NCBI GenBank assembly: GCA_043228905.1 | Contig: JBHGNT010000008.1 | Location: 11,966,001 to 12,030,000, forward strand | Origin: Azolla caroliniana | Taxonomy: Eukaryota; Plantae; Polypodiophyta | Reading direction: 5' to 3' | DNA: 64,000 bases | Shown: piece by piece, positions 24,701-37,600 of the stretch | Numbering within the stretch: position 1 is the first letter of the stretch | Layout of the letters: each line of letters opens with the position of its first letter | Made by a program: the position numbers and the translations under genes | Notes under the pieces: model-generated | The model's input: the letters and a program-made list of their open reading frames with translations, nothing else | What the model was told of the DNA's origin: nothing | Database searches by the model: none

Positions 24701-24974
24701 CAGGTGATGACGCATATTCAACAATCACATTGTTTGTTGTGGCCCGATCAACTCCAAAAGTTCGCAATGTTCATGTTTCATGATGATTCCTTGATCAATG
24801 ACATCACCTAGGCAACCATGTCAGAGTCATTCGCTACCGACATCATGGCACGCCTCAACGACCCATTCGAGGAAATGCAAATCTCGGATCTCGGTCACTT
24901 TATAACTCGGGATGGGCTACTATATCATAATCACCTCCTTTATGTACTAGCTAGAGTATGTCACACCCGAGTAC

Positions 24975-27900
24975 TGTTGAGAAGCAAGCTCAACATGGTA
25001 TGTGATGCTTATGAGAAATAAGCTATAGTAGCTATTTAGCTACTAGTGAACAAAAAGGTAAAACAGCTATTTAGCTATGGACAGCTAATTAGCGACTGAA
25101 CAGCTATTTAGTTAGTGACAGCTAATTAGGTAGTGAACAGCTATTTAGCGACTGACAGCTAATTAGCTACTGGCAGCTAATTAGCTGCATGTGTAATAAC
25201 TTATGACTTAGGTAAAAGTAAGTGAGAGTGAATAGGAAGGAAGCAGTAAGAAAAAACAGAGAATAGTGAGTAGAGAACTCTGAGAGAGAGTGAGAGACCA
25301 GAAGACTGACGAGAGCAAGTTGAGCTCTACATGTAATAGAAGAAAACCATTTTGCTACTACAGAGGTAAGTCCCCTTTCCTTTCTCTGTCTGTTTAGAGC
25401 ACCCTAACGATCCAGCACACTACGATCCGCCGCGCACATAAGAAGAGCTCGAGTGCCTTCTTCACGTTTTCTTAACATGGTATCAGAGCAGAGTAGCTCG
25501 TAAGGAAGAGTATAGCAGTGCCTTAATCTGAGAAAGTTATTTCTCTGGTTGCTGATCAGAAATCAGAAAGTTACTTGTTGAAGTAACTAAAGCAAAACCC
25601 TGGTTTTTGGAAGGAAAAAAAATGGCTGCAGAGAATGTAGGCCAAATGGTCACAGAGAAATTAGATAAAAACAATTTCCCGGCGTGGAAATTCAGAATGA
25701 CAAACTTTCTGATGGGGAAAGGATACTGGGATTACATTGAAGGAGACCTAGAAGAGGCTCCAGAGATCCCAGAAGAGAATGCAACAGCTGCACATATTAA
25801 GGCATTTAAAGATTGGAATCAAGGGGCAAGGAAAGTAATGCATTGGCTATCACTCAGCATCTCAGATTCAATGCTTGGGCATATACAAGATGCTATGCTC
25901 CCAAAAGAAGCTTGGGAAAACTTGGTAAAACTGTTTGCTGTGAACACAAAGGCTAGAAAGCTCCAGTTAAAGACTGAGCTAAATACCTTGGAGAAAGGTA
26001 AGATGTCAATAAATGAATATGCCCTAAAAATCAAGAGTATATGTGAATCACTTGCTTCTATCAATGTGAAGATAGAAGATGATGACAAAGTGGAAATATG
26101 CTTAAGAGGCTTAGGACCTCAATACAAGAGTTTTAAAACTTCTATGCTCACAAGGGATAGTATCCCAAGTTTTTCAGATCTGGTCTCAATGCTTGTGGTA
26201 GAGGAAAGGAATCAGATGGATGATGCAAATAAAGAAACTCAGAGAACGAGGGGCAAGCCCTCTATAATAATGCCAGAAGAGGCCGAGGAAGAGGCCATGG
26301 AAGATTTGGCTCAGGAAGAACCAATAATAATGGCTTTCAAGGAAGAGGACAACAAGCTCATAGAGGAGGAAACAACAACAGAGGCAGGGGGAGCAACCGA
26401 GGTAGAGGTAAGCAAACTTATGTAAATGATGATGGCTGCTGGTATTGTGGTAAACCAGGCCATACACAGGCTGAATGTTACAAGAAACAAAATGATGAGA
26501 AAAGAGGAAAAGGACAACAGAGTAACTATGCCTCTACTAGTGAAGATTGTGAAAAGGAAGGTGTTTTTGTAGTGCAACATGAGATAGCAGCAGTGGCTGA
26601 AAGCTCACAGAAATGTAATGAAGAGTTTACGTGGTATGTAGACTCGGGGGCATCTAACCATATGACTGGACATGCAAATTGGTTTGAGAGTTTAAGAGAA
26701 CCAGAAGTTCCTGGTTATGTACAAACAGGTGATGACACAACTCACCAAATAAAACATGTTGGAGATATCCCATTGTGGGAAGAAAGAGGAAAAACCAAGT
26801 ATATGTTGGATGTGATGCATGTTCCAAATCTTGCTAAGAATCTGATTTCTGTTGGACAGATAGTAGAGCAAGGTATGCAAGTGAAGTTTAAGCAAAGTGG
26901 ATGCTATATAGAAAAGAATGGGAAGCTCATTGCAAAAGGGAAGAGACAAGGAAGAATGTTTATCTTGGATGTAGAAATGCCCAAACAGTTTTCAGCCATG
27001 TTTGCAAATGGAACGAGTGTAATCTCAGATGTGGAAATGTGGCATAAAAGGATTGGCCATATAAGTATGCAAACATTAAAGAATATGTTGAGAAAAGATG
27101 CAGTGGCTGGACTGCCAAACTTGAAAAAGTGTGAAATGGGAAAAGTGTGTGAAGCATGTCAATATGGTAAGCAAAACAGGTTGCCATTCCCTCATGAGAG
27201 ACATGTAAGCAAAAATCTGTCGGATTTAGTACATACAGATGTATGGGGACCAACAAAGAATGCATCTATTGGTGGATGCAGATTTTATGTTACATTTATT
27301 GATGATTGTTCACGGAAGACATGGGTGTACTTCATGAAGGAGAAAAGTGAAGTATTTGACTGTTTTCGTAAGTTTAAATGCATGGTAGAAAAGCAGGCTG
27401 GTACAAGGATAAAATGTTTGAGATCTGATGGAGGAGGAGAGTATTTCTCCAATGAATTTTCTGATTTTTTGTGTAATCAGGGAATAAGAAGACAGTTCAC
27501 ATGCCGATATACTCCACAGCAAAATGGAGTTGCCGAGAGGAAAAACAGAACTTTGGTGAACATAGCAAGGGCAATGATGACTGAGAAGAACATGCCATTA
27601 TACTATTGGGCAGAAGCTGTAAATACAGCAAATTACATTTTAAATAGATGTATTACATCAGGAGTACATGAGGCAACTCCTGAAGAGTGTTTTTATGGCA
27701 GGAAGCCTAGCTTACAACACTTGAAAGTGTTTGGATGCCTTGCATATGTACATGTGCCTGCAGAAGTAAGAAGTAAGTTGGATCCAAAAGCAGAAAAATG
27801 TATCCTTGTTGGATATTCAGAAGAACAAAAAGGGTACAGATGTTATAACCCTGTGACTAAAAAGATTGTGACAAGTCGAGATGTGATATTTGATGAGTTG

Positions 27901-30489
27901 GCTAGTTGGTACAGCCCAAAACAGAATCTAGAGACTGATGAAGACTGTCAAAATGAAGACAAAGACAGATCAGAAAATGTAGAAGACTGTCACAGAGATG
28001 GAGACAAGGTTGGACAGCAAAGCCCAACATCAACAGAATGTTCTGGACCATCAAAAAGCTCAGATGGTAAATCTGATTCAAATTCATGGAGTGGAAAAAC
28101 TGGACAGAAAAAATCTCATGACAAAAAAGGAAAACAGAAAATGCCAGAGTATGAAATCCCGGATGACCTATCAAAAAACATGGAAGATGAAGATTCAGAT
28201 ATGTCTTTGGATGATTTCCTTGGAATACAGGAAATGAAAATCCCTGGTATGGAAAAGGCAATAAAGAATGCAAATCAGAAACTGAGAAGATCAGATAGAG
28301 AGAAAAAGACTGTGGAAAGATTTGGGTATGATACATATATGGCTATGCACTATGCATATATGTCTAAGGTGGTACAGATCCCTGACCCAAACAGCTTTGA
28401 AGAAGCAAAATCTGAGAAGAAATGGATGGATGCAATGCAAGAAGAGATTGATGCATTGGCTGAGAACAAAACGTGGGATTTAGTGAAGTTACCAAAAGAG
28501 AAAAATGTGGTAGGCTGCAAATGGGTCTACAAGACAAAGCATGACTCCAATGGGAATGTAAGTAGACATAAAGCAAGATTGGTTGCAAAAGGATATGCTC
28601 AGATGCAAGGGATTGATTATGATGAGACTTTTGCACCGGTTGCAAAGATGGCAACCTTGAGAACACTACTTGCTGTAGGAGCAGCCAGAAAATGGATTTT
28701 GCATCACATGGATGTAAAAAATGCTTTTTTACATGGTAACTTGGAAGAAGAAGTGTATATGAGTCAACCACCAGGTTTTGAAGATAAGAAACATCCTGAT
28801 TATGTATGTAAGCTGAAAAAAGCTCTCTATGGACTGAAACAGGCACCAAGAGCATGGCACAGAGAACTTTCAGATTCTCTGAAAAATCTTGGTTTCAAAA
28901 TGTCAAAAGCTGATCCTTCTTTGTATGTAAAAAGTGAAAATGATTGCATTGTTATTATTCTGATTTATGTAGATGATTTGATTATTGGAGGAGATTCCGT
29001 GGATGAAATAAGAAAGTTGAAAAAAAATCTGGAAATGCAGTTTCATATGAAAGATTTGGGAGATCTGAGATATTTTCTTGGTGTTGAAATCATCAGATCT
29101 GAAAGTGGTATATGTATGTTGCAAAAATAGTATGCAACAACTATGTTGAAAAAGTATGGTATGCTTGGATGCAAACCTATTGCTGTACCACTTGATAAAA
29201 ACTGCAAGTTGAGGGCTGATTTGGGAGCCAAGATAGAAGATGTAAACATGTACAGGTCTATGGTGGGCAGCCTTATTTATTTGACTATAACAAGACCTGA
29301 TTTGAGCTATGCTGTTGGATTAGTCAGCCAGTTTATGCAACAGCCAACAAAGCCACATTTGGACTGCATCAGAAGGATTCTGAGGTATGTAAAAGCAACT
29401 CAGAACTTTGGACTATTTTACAGGGCTGATCTAGACATAAATCTGGAAGGATATACAGATGCTGATTGGGCTGGAAGCCAAACAGACAGGAGATCCACAA
29501 GTGGATACATGTTTACCTTGGGAAGTGCAGGAATTTCATGGAGTAGCAAGAAACAGGCTACTGTTGCATTGTCCAGTACAGAAGCTGAGTATAGAGGGGC
29601 TGCAATAGCCACATGTGAAGAAGTATGGATCAGAAGACTGCTTGCTGATCTGGGAGTATATATAAATGGTGCTGTCACAATCTGGTGTGACAATATGAGC
29701 AGCATTCAGCTTGCAAAGAACCCAGTGTTCCATGCAAGAACAAAGCACATTGAGGTGCATTATCATTTTGTTAGAGAAAAAGTGATGGAAGGTGAAGTTG
29801 ATCTGGTGTATGTGAATACAAATCAGCAGGTTGCTGATATCCTTACGAAGGGATTGAGTGTGGAAAAACATACACAGTTTCGGAACATGATGGGAGTTGT
29901 AAACATTGATGAGATGGCTAAAAAGCAAAATGGAAAAGAAGATTGAAGAGAACCTCAAGCAAGAATAAGTTGAGCTTGAGGGGGAGTGTTGAGAAGCAAG
30001 CTCAACATGGTATGTGATGCTTATGAGAAATAAGCTATAGTAGCTATTTAGCTACTAGTGAACAAAAAGGTAAAACAGCTATTTAGCTATGGACAGCTAA
30101 TTAGCGACTGAACAGCTATTTAGTTAGTGACAGCTAATTAGGTAGTGAACAGCTATTTAGCGACTGACAGCTAATTAGCTACTGGCAGCTAATTAGCTGC
30201 ATGTGTAATAACTTATGACTTAGGTAAAAGTAAGTGAGAGTGAATAGGAAGGAAGCAGTAAGAAAAAACAGAGAATAGTGAGTAGAGAACTCTGAGAGAG
30301 AGTGAGAGACCAGAAGACTGACAAGAGCAAGTTGAGCTCTACATGTAATAGAAGAAAACCATTTTGCTACTACAGAGGTAAGTCCCCTTTCCTTTCTCTG
30401 TCTGTTTAGAGCACCCTAACGATCCAGCACACTACGATCTGCCGCGCACATAAGAAGAGCTCGAGTGCCTTCTTCACGTTTTCTTAACA
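24975..30489 (+). mobile_element. Ty1/copia LTR retrotransposon C, young and nearly intact
   Basis: 503-bp LTRs 24975-25477 and 29987-30489, two mismatches seen by eye; perfect TSD AGTAC; PBS TGGTATCAGAGC 25478-25489; PPT GAGGGGGAG. Confidence 0.98.
25622..29946 (+). pseudogene. copia C gag-pol polyprotein with one frameshift (~26230) and one in-frame TAG (29128-29130)
   Basis: gag EKLDKNNFPAWK; zinc knuckle CWYCGKPGHTQAEC in shifted frame; PR WYVDSGAS; INT DVWGP..RSDGGGEY..QQNGVAER; RT YVDD; RNase H YTDADWAG..KHIEVHYHF. Confidence 0.95.
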
Positions 30490-32475
30490 AGTACTACAAA
30501 ACTTCTGCGATGATCCTCTTTTCGGCCACTTTGGGGTCACGAAAACACTAGAGTTGCTATCTCGGAGGTTTTGGTGGCCCCAACCTTGGAAATTTGTCAA
30601 AGAATTTATTAAGGCGTGTGACATCTGTGCCCGCTCCAAAGCGGCTAACCATCATCCATACGACTTTCTCCACCCACTTCTAATTCCAAGTCGAGCCTAA
30701 GCCTCTCTCTCTATGGACTTTATAACGGACCTCCCTCGTGTCGGTGGCCATGACACGGTGCTAGTGATTGTCAATCGGTTTTCGAAGATGGCTCACTTTG
30801 TCCCATGTTCCAAAACCATTTCGAGGGAGGAGACAACAGACATGTTTCTTAAAAATGGCATTCAACTACACGACTTACCCGAGGTTGTCACCTCTGATCG
30901 AGGTTCTCAATTTATCTCCCACTTCTGGCGACGACTTCTGCGGACATTCGAGACTTCTGTGAACTTGTCAACAGTGTACCACCCTCAAACTAATGGCCAA
31001 ACTGAAAGATTTAACCAAATCCTCGAACAATACCTCTGGTGTACAATCAACTACCAACAAGAGGATTGGGTGGACTTCCTTGCCATCGAGGAGGAGATGG
31101 TAGACCTTTTTCTTAAAAATGGCATTCGACTACACGACTTACCCGAGGCTGTCACCTCTTATCGAGGTCCTCAATTTATCTCTCACTTCTGTCAACGACT
31201 TCTACGAACATTCGGGACTTCTATGAACTGGTCAACAATGTACCACCCTCAAACTAATGGCCAAACTGAAAGAGTCAACCAAATCCTCGAACAATACCTC
31301 CGGTGTACAGTCAGCTACCAACAAGAGGATTGGGTGGACTTCCTTGCCATGGCAGAATTTGCCTACAATAATAGTATCCATGCCTCAATTAAGGTTTCCC
31401 CATTCTTTGCAAACTATGGGTTCCACCCTCGTTCCAGCATTTCCATTCCTTCGATTTCCGTCAATCCGTCAACAGAGATGTATGCCCGCACTTTACAAGA
31501 TGTCCATCATGACCTATCTCTTGAGCTCCATGTCATTGGCAAACTGTATAAGGATCATGCTGACCATCATCGCTTGGCCACACTGACCTTTGTAGATGGT
31601 GACATGGTTTGGCTGCTACGTCACCACATCACCACCACCCGTCCATGTGTGAAGCTAGACTACAAAAAGCTAGGCCCCTTCTGTATCATTGAGCGAATCA
31701 ACCCAGTCACCTGTCGGTTAGTGTTGCCCCCAGCATTCCGGATTCACAATGTTTCCACGTCTCTCTCCTCGAATTCTACCATCCTTCTCGAATTCTGGGA
31801 TGACAACCTCGTCCATTGCCACCCATGGAATTATCGAAAGGGGAGGAGTACGAGGTTGACCAGATCCTCGACTCCCGCTTGCATTGTCGACACCTTCAAT
31901 ACTTGTTCTTATTGATAGGTTACCCCATTTCAAACGCCATGTGGGAACCGGTTATACATTTACAAAATGCTCTAGAGTCTGTTCGAGTTTTCCATCAACG
32001 GTACCCATAGAAGCCAACCACAGGTCTTGGGAGGCAGCCTTAAAGGGAGGATAATGTCATAGACATCCTTATGCCACGCCACGGTGAAAGGTAAGGATTG
32101 AACCCATGACCTCCTAGGAGGTCTCCATTGGGCAACCCTACCAACTAAACTACATCCATCTATGCATCCTTGTATAAAATTCAACTCCATGTATTGTGGA
32201 TTGAACATTAGAAGTTTCCTAGCTTGCATGCATCCTCATGCATTCTCTATTCCTAGCTTGCATACATCCTCATGCATTCTCTATTCCTAGCTTGCATGCA
32301 TCCTCTTGCATTCTCTATTTCTAGTTGGCATGTATACCTCTACCTTCTTGTATAAATACTCAGGTGCACCTTGATTCTAATCAAGGAGAACAACAACAGT
32401 TACGGAATCATAAGTTGAGTTCTTTTTCTTTTCCTGACTCGTCTTCATTCTACTCTATTATACTTGTCTGTGACA

Positions 32476-33501
32476 TGTATGGCCTTTGAAACTTTTGCAA
32501 TCTTGGCTTTGAGAAGTTAGATTTCTTAAATCTTGTTATCTCAATCATTGTTGTTGATCCATCGTTGTGTTTCGCCTTACCCTTTATTCTTTGAATCTCT
32601 TCTCTTTTCATTTTTAGGAATATGTTCTTCATGTTCGAAGAATCATGGTTTCCATGTGTGCTAACAAAAGTGTTCCACGAATCTAGTAAGACACCCAAGA
32701 TTATATCAAATTGTATATCTTCATCAATTTTATTACTTGTTTATAATGCTTGCTCAAGGGCTAATTGTCATTTTCTGATGAATGCATCAATTCCTTCACT
32801 TTCTTCCATTTTCAATGTGATGAGGTGTTTCAAAGTGTTGATCAGTTTGTTCTTCTGTCTGAGGGTTTGTGGCATTCCTTCAATGCATCCCATACTTTTT
32901 TTATGTTTCTAGTTCTTTTACTAAATCTATTTGCTCGTCGATTAAATGCATAATCAATTCCATGTATGCATCTAAATCTTTATTTTTCCATTTTGCCAAT
33001 TCTAGGATGGTTGTAGGGTGTGGTATTATACCTTTCACAATGTGCAGTAATTGTGCTCTTTTGAGGATACGGCTCATCCTTAATTTCCACATTCTATATT
33101 TATTGTCGTTGAGTTTCTCCATGGTGTACTTTCTTGTCATTGACATTGTTTTGTTTCTTGAATTTGTGTGGAATCTATCGTCGTAGATCTTCTAGATTGA
33201 TCTTTTTGACGGTTGTGCTTTAATTCCTAGGGGAAGGCTCTAATACTATGTAGGAATTTAAAGGACTATCTAACAAACTATACCAATTATACATGTATCT
33301 TAATTTTATGATAAAATAGAGATTAAATTATGTACATTTTTATAGGTAAAAGAGACCATAGGGAAGTTTATAGTGGGAATGTTCATTGTGAACAAATCTC
33401 ACATGAATGTGTTGTAATTGTTATTGTGAACAAGAGTCTGAAGAATAGTTTGTTACATTATTTATTCTCGTTTTATTTATTTATAAATTTTTTTATTAAC
33501 A
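32476..33501 (-). mobile_element. Old copia 5' fragment (LTR ~33249-33501, degenerate PBS, gag)
   Basis: gag MEKLNDNKYRMWKLRM (32901-33146); rc of 33237-33248 = TAGTATTAGAGC, decayed tRNA-Met PBS. Confidence 0.7.
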
Positions 33502-33639
33502 TCTAATCTTTCTAATGTTTAATATTTTATCAACTTGTTGCCACCCTCCGCCATCTATGGTCGCCTACTACTCGTCATTATCGGCCATTGCAACCATCAT
33601 CACTTGACGTCACCCAACACCCCACCAACATATATAAAT

Positions 33640-34115
33640 TTAACTTTTATATATATATATATATATTAAAAACTAAATTAATTAATTAATTAATTAAATC
33701 AAATCAAATAATAGCAATAATATCTAGAATAAAAATTGAAATAATAATAATAATAATCAACAATCAAAATTAAAGTAAAATAAATAATAATTAAGTAGAT
33801 ATATAAATGAGTTAATAGTTAAGTAATACTAATTTAATAAAACAAATAAATAATAACTTAATTATAATATTAATTAATTATCTAATTAAGTAACTAAAGT
33901 AAATAAAAATATAAAATGAATAAAATTGAAAGAATAAAATTTTTATAATAATACCAAAAGTAACTAAGACTAATAATAATATTATTAGAAATAAAAATAG
34001 CAATAATAATCAATATAATATTTATTATAATAATAATAATAAATAAAATACATTGAAATATTAAAATAATACTAATAATAAATAATGTTGATAAGTATAA
34101 TAATAATAACATAAC
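33640..34115. repeat. Extremely AT-rich low-complexity tract ((TA)n, (AAT)n)
   Basis: Direct composition. Confidence 0.85.
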
Positions 34116-34626
34116 ACCTCTCTCTCTCATTGATAAATACCTATTTACACTAATCTAAACATTGGAATACATATAGATATTGACATTTGCATACCCACAT
34201 AATCAGGAGTGCTTAATTACTTGTAATATGCTATCCTTGAAAAATTTTGATATTTTCAAACTCTAGACTAGAAGACTTGAAACAACCATCCTCTCCAGTT
34301 CAAGTCCCTAGTGGTTCCACTCTAATTTATACACACATGCGTAACTTTGCAACAACGCATCCGAAAGTGTCATAGAAAAGAGAGTCAAGATGACTTGATG
34401 GGGAACATTGTACATGTAGTTCTCGAAGTACGTTTTATTGGGTGTAGACCTCCTTCACAATTACAACATGGTCTTATCATATCAACATTTGAATTTTTAT
34501 ATTTAATGATAGCGTAAAGTGAAATTTAATTGAATTGCCATTTGTAGTTCACTTATTGTAAAGCATCTTCCTCCTTCAAGCTCAAAGGTTATCTCACCTT
34601 TTTTTGTTTCTTACTTCGTGCAATTA

Positions 34627-37600
34627 TGTTGAGCGGCAAGCTCAACCGGAGCCAGATCGGCTGAATAAGCCGGAGCCGGTAAGCGAGACGGATCGGGCGA
34701 AACAGATCGGTATGATGGTGAACAACCAAACCGGCAAGCAGTTGAGGCCGGGTGCAATCCGTAACCGGAAGTCCAATCGGAAGCCTAGTATAGGATAAAC
34801 TATTAGGTAGCTATAGTCTCGTAGTAAGTGTCAGATGCTCGTGTGAGCATTGAAGTACATGGTACTTCTGTCAGTCCCAAAAGGACTTGTATAAATAGTG
34901 CTACTTAGCACAGTGTGTATATAGAGTCTTGATATAATTTTGAAATTGTGTTCTGCTCTCTCTATCTCTCTCACTCTGTGTGTGTGTGTGTGTGTGTGTT
35001 GTTCTCTGTTTTACGCTTCCGCAAACACTTACGTTTACATGGTATCAGAGCGCGAGGGTTGAGAACCTCTGCTACAGACATTTACTCTTGAGAAGAAAAC
35101 CCTAACAGGTCGAAAACAGACACAGTAGAAGACATGGATAGAGGCATGGCTACGTCGCTCCCGGTGGAGAAGCTCGACAGGAGCAACTACGCATCCTGGT
35201 CTTAGAAGATGCACCAGTACCTGCTTGGACACGGGTACAGGAGTTATGTCGAAGGAGCGAATGATGCGGCGCCAAACTCCGCACACAAGGACTTCCCGGT
35301 AAGGGAACAGGCGGCAAGCAGGGTGATGTACTGCTTCGCGTCCAGTGTCGGCGATCAGCTGCTCAGCCACATCCGTGACGCCAAGACACCGAAGGATGCT
35401 TGGGGGAACCTGAAAAAGGTTTTCGCCGCAAGCACCACTGCCCGGAAGCTGCAACTTAGACAAGAGTTGAGCAATGTTCGACAGAAGAACGTGTCCGTGG
35501 CAGACTACACGGGCCGGATAAAGGAGATCTGCGACTCGCTCGCCTCTATCAATGTTACCGTAGAGGAAGACGAGATGGTGCAGGTATGTCTCGGAGGCCT
35601 GGCCTCCAAGTTCGGAGCGTTCCAGACTGCGGTGTGTACAAGGGAGAATACCCCCTCATTCTTCGACTTACAGTTGATGCTCCTTGTAGAGGAGAACCAC
35701 GCCGGTGCATCTACCAGTGCATCCCCGGACAGCCGAATGTTGTACACGGGAATGGATCGGCTTCGTGGGCGTGGTGGAAGAGGTGGGTCGGCACGCAATG
35801 GAGGTGGCCGACATGAGCAGGAACGGAGGCACTATGAGCGTGCCGACAGCAATTCCGGGACTTCCACAAGCAGGGGGAGTCAAGGCGGTGCCGGAGGCTG
35901 GCAAGACAAATCCGCTACGGAATGCTGGTATTATGGCAAAAAAGGCCACAGGGAAAGCGAGTGCTGGAGAAAGCGTGCCGATTCGGACAAATCCGGATCC
36001 GGCAAGATCGGTAAGGATGGCCGGCAAAACTTGCACTACGCAAACGGATCAGGAGGATCCGGAACCGGAAAGGCCGGTAAGGGGCCAGCCTTGGTGATGA
36101 ATCACAAGGCAAACTCAATGAAGAAGACCACTTCCAAAACGGAGGAAGTGTGGTATGTTGATTCCGGCGCGTCGAACCACATGACGAGCCACAAAGAGTG
36201 GTTCTCCTTTCTGTAGAAACCGGATCAACCAGGAGTAGTCGAAACCGGAGACGACACTCCTCACCCAATCGTGCACGTCGAAGAAGTCCCTCTAAGCCAC
36301 GTCGGACGGAAAGGGAAGCTGATGAACGTATTACACGTTCCGACAATCACGAAGAACCTGGTGTCCGTCGGTCAGATTGTCGACCAGGGGATGCAGGTGC
36401 GGTTTACGCACCTCGGGTGCTTCATTGAGGATGAGGGCGAAGTCATTGCGCAAGGGCGTAGAGACGGGAGGATGTTTATCCTCAACACCAATGACTTTGG
36501 CACCGCTCTGTTCACGGAATGACAGAAGGTCGAGTCAGACATCGACCTGTGGCACAAGCGGATAGGCCACGTCAACTACCGGAGGCTTCAAGACCTGCAA
36601 ACCAAACAAGTCGTTTTCGGTTTGCCGAAGTTTAGCGGCCGGAGAGCCGAAATTTGTGAAGCCTACCAAGTTGGGAAGCAACACCAGCTTCCATTCCCCA
36701 CCGAACGGAACCGGAGCCGTAACAAGCTCGATCTCATCCATTCGGATGTGTGGGGACTGGCACAAAGTGTAAGCCTTGGCGGGAGCCGATACTTCATCTC
36801 CTTCATCGACGACTATACTCGACATACTTGGATCTACCTCATTGAGCAGAAGACCGAAGTCTTCGACTGTTTCCGGAGCCTCCAGAAGATGGTGGAACGG
36901 GAATCGAAGAGGAAGATCAAATGCCTTCGGTCGGATGACGGAAAGGAATATTTTTCCGGCCAATTCACTAGTTATCTACAGCAGAAGCGAATTCGGCGAG
37001 AGTTTAGCTGTAGATACACACCGGAGCAAAACGGTGTGGCCGAAAGGAAGAACCGGACACTCGTCGAAGCGGCAAGGGCAATGCTGGAGGAGAAGAGCAT
37101 GCCCCGGTTCTACTGGGCGGAGGTGGTCCAGACGGTCGTCTACATACAAAACCGTATTGGTGACAAGGTGTCAGCTCATGAGCTGTATTTCGGGCGCAAG
37201 CCGAACTTAAGACACCTTCGGATATTCGGCAGCATAGCGTATGTGCATGTGCCGGATCAGAAGCGGAGAAAGCTGGATGCAAAATCGGAAAAATGCATCC
37301 TAGTCGGCTATGCTCAAGAGCAAAAGGGGTATAAGTGTTATAACCCCCGGACGAAGGAAGTCCGAGTTAGCCGGGATATCGAGTTCGATGAATCGGCATC
37401 CTGGTACTCCGTACCAACTCCGACTTCCGATCCCGACCCAATGTCGGAAGATCAGGCCAATGAGCCTGAATCAGCCCAGTCAGAGGATGATGAAGCTGGG
37501 ACTCAAGATGAGAGTCCGGAATCGTTACGGTTGAGTGGACCGAACGAGCGACTGAGTCGGTTGGACCAGTCGGATGAAGAGACGGAAAGTGGTGGAGACT

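Larger units (their letters stand above)
24664..32475 (+). mobile_element. Ty3/gypsy chromovirus 3' fragment (integrase + chromodomain + 3' LTR 32055-32475), interrupted by copia C
   Basis: MDFITDLP..DRGSQF..HPQTNGQTER..AEFAYNN integrase; chromodomain EYEVDQILDSR..QY...GYP...WEP (31816-32010); PPT AAAGGGAGGATAA; LTR TGTCA...TGACA. Confidence 0.9.

Noticed and set aside
26225-29130. Programmed frameshift/readthrough in copia C
   Set aside because: Related copia copies have a single-frame gag-pol; no clear slippery heptamer; TAG fits CAG>TAG deamination. Mutations or sequencing error are more likely.
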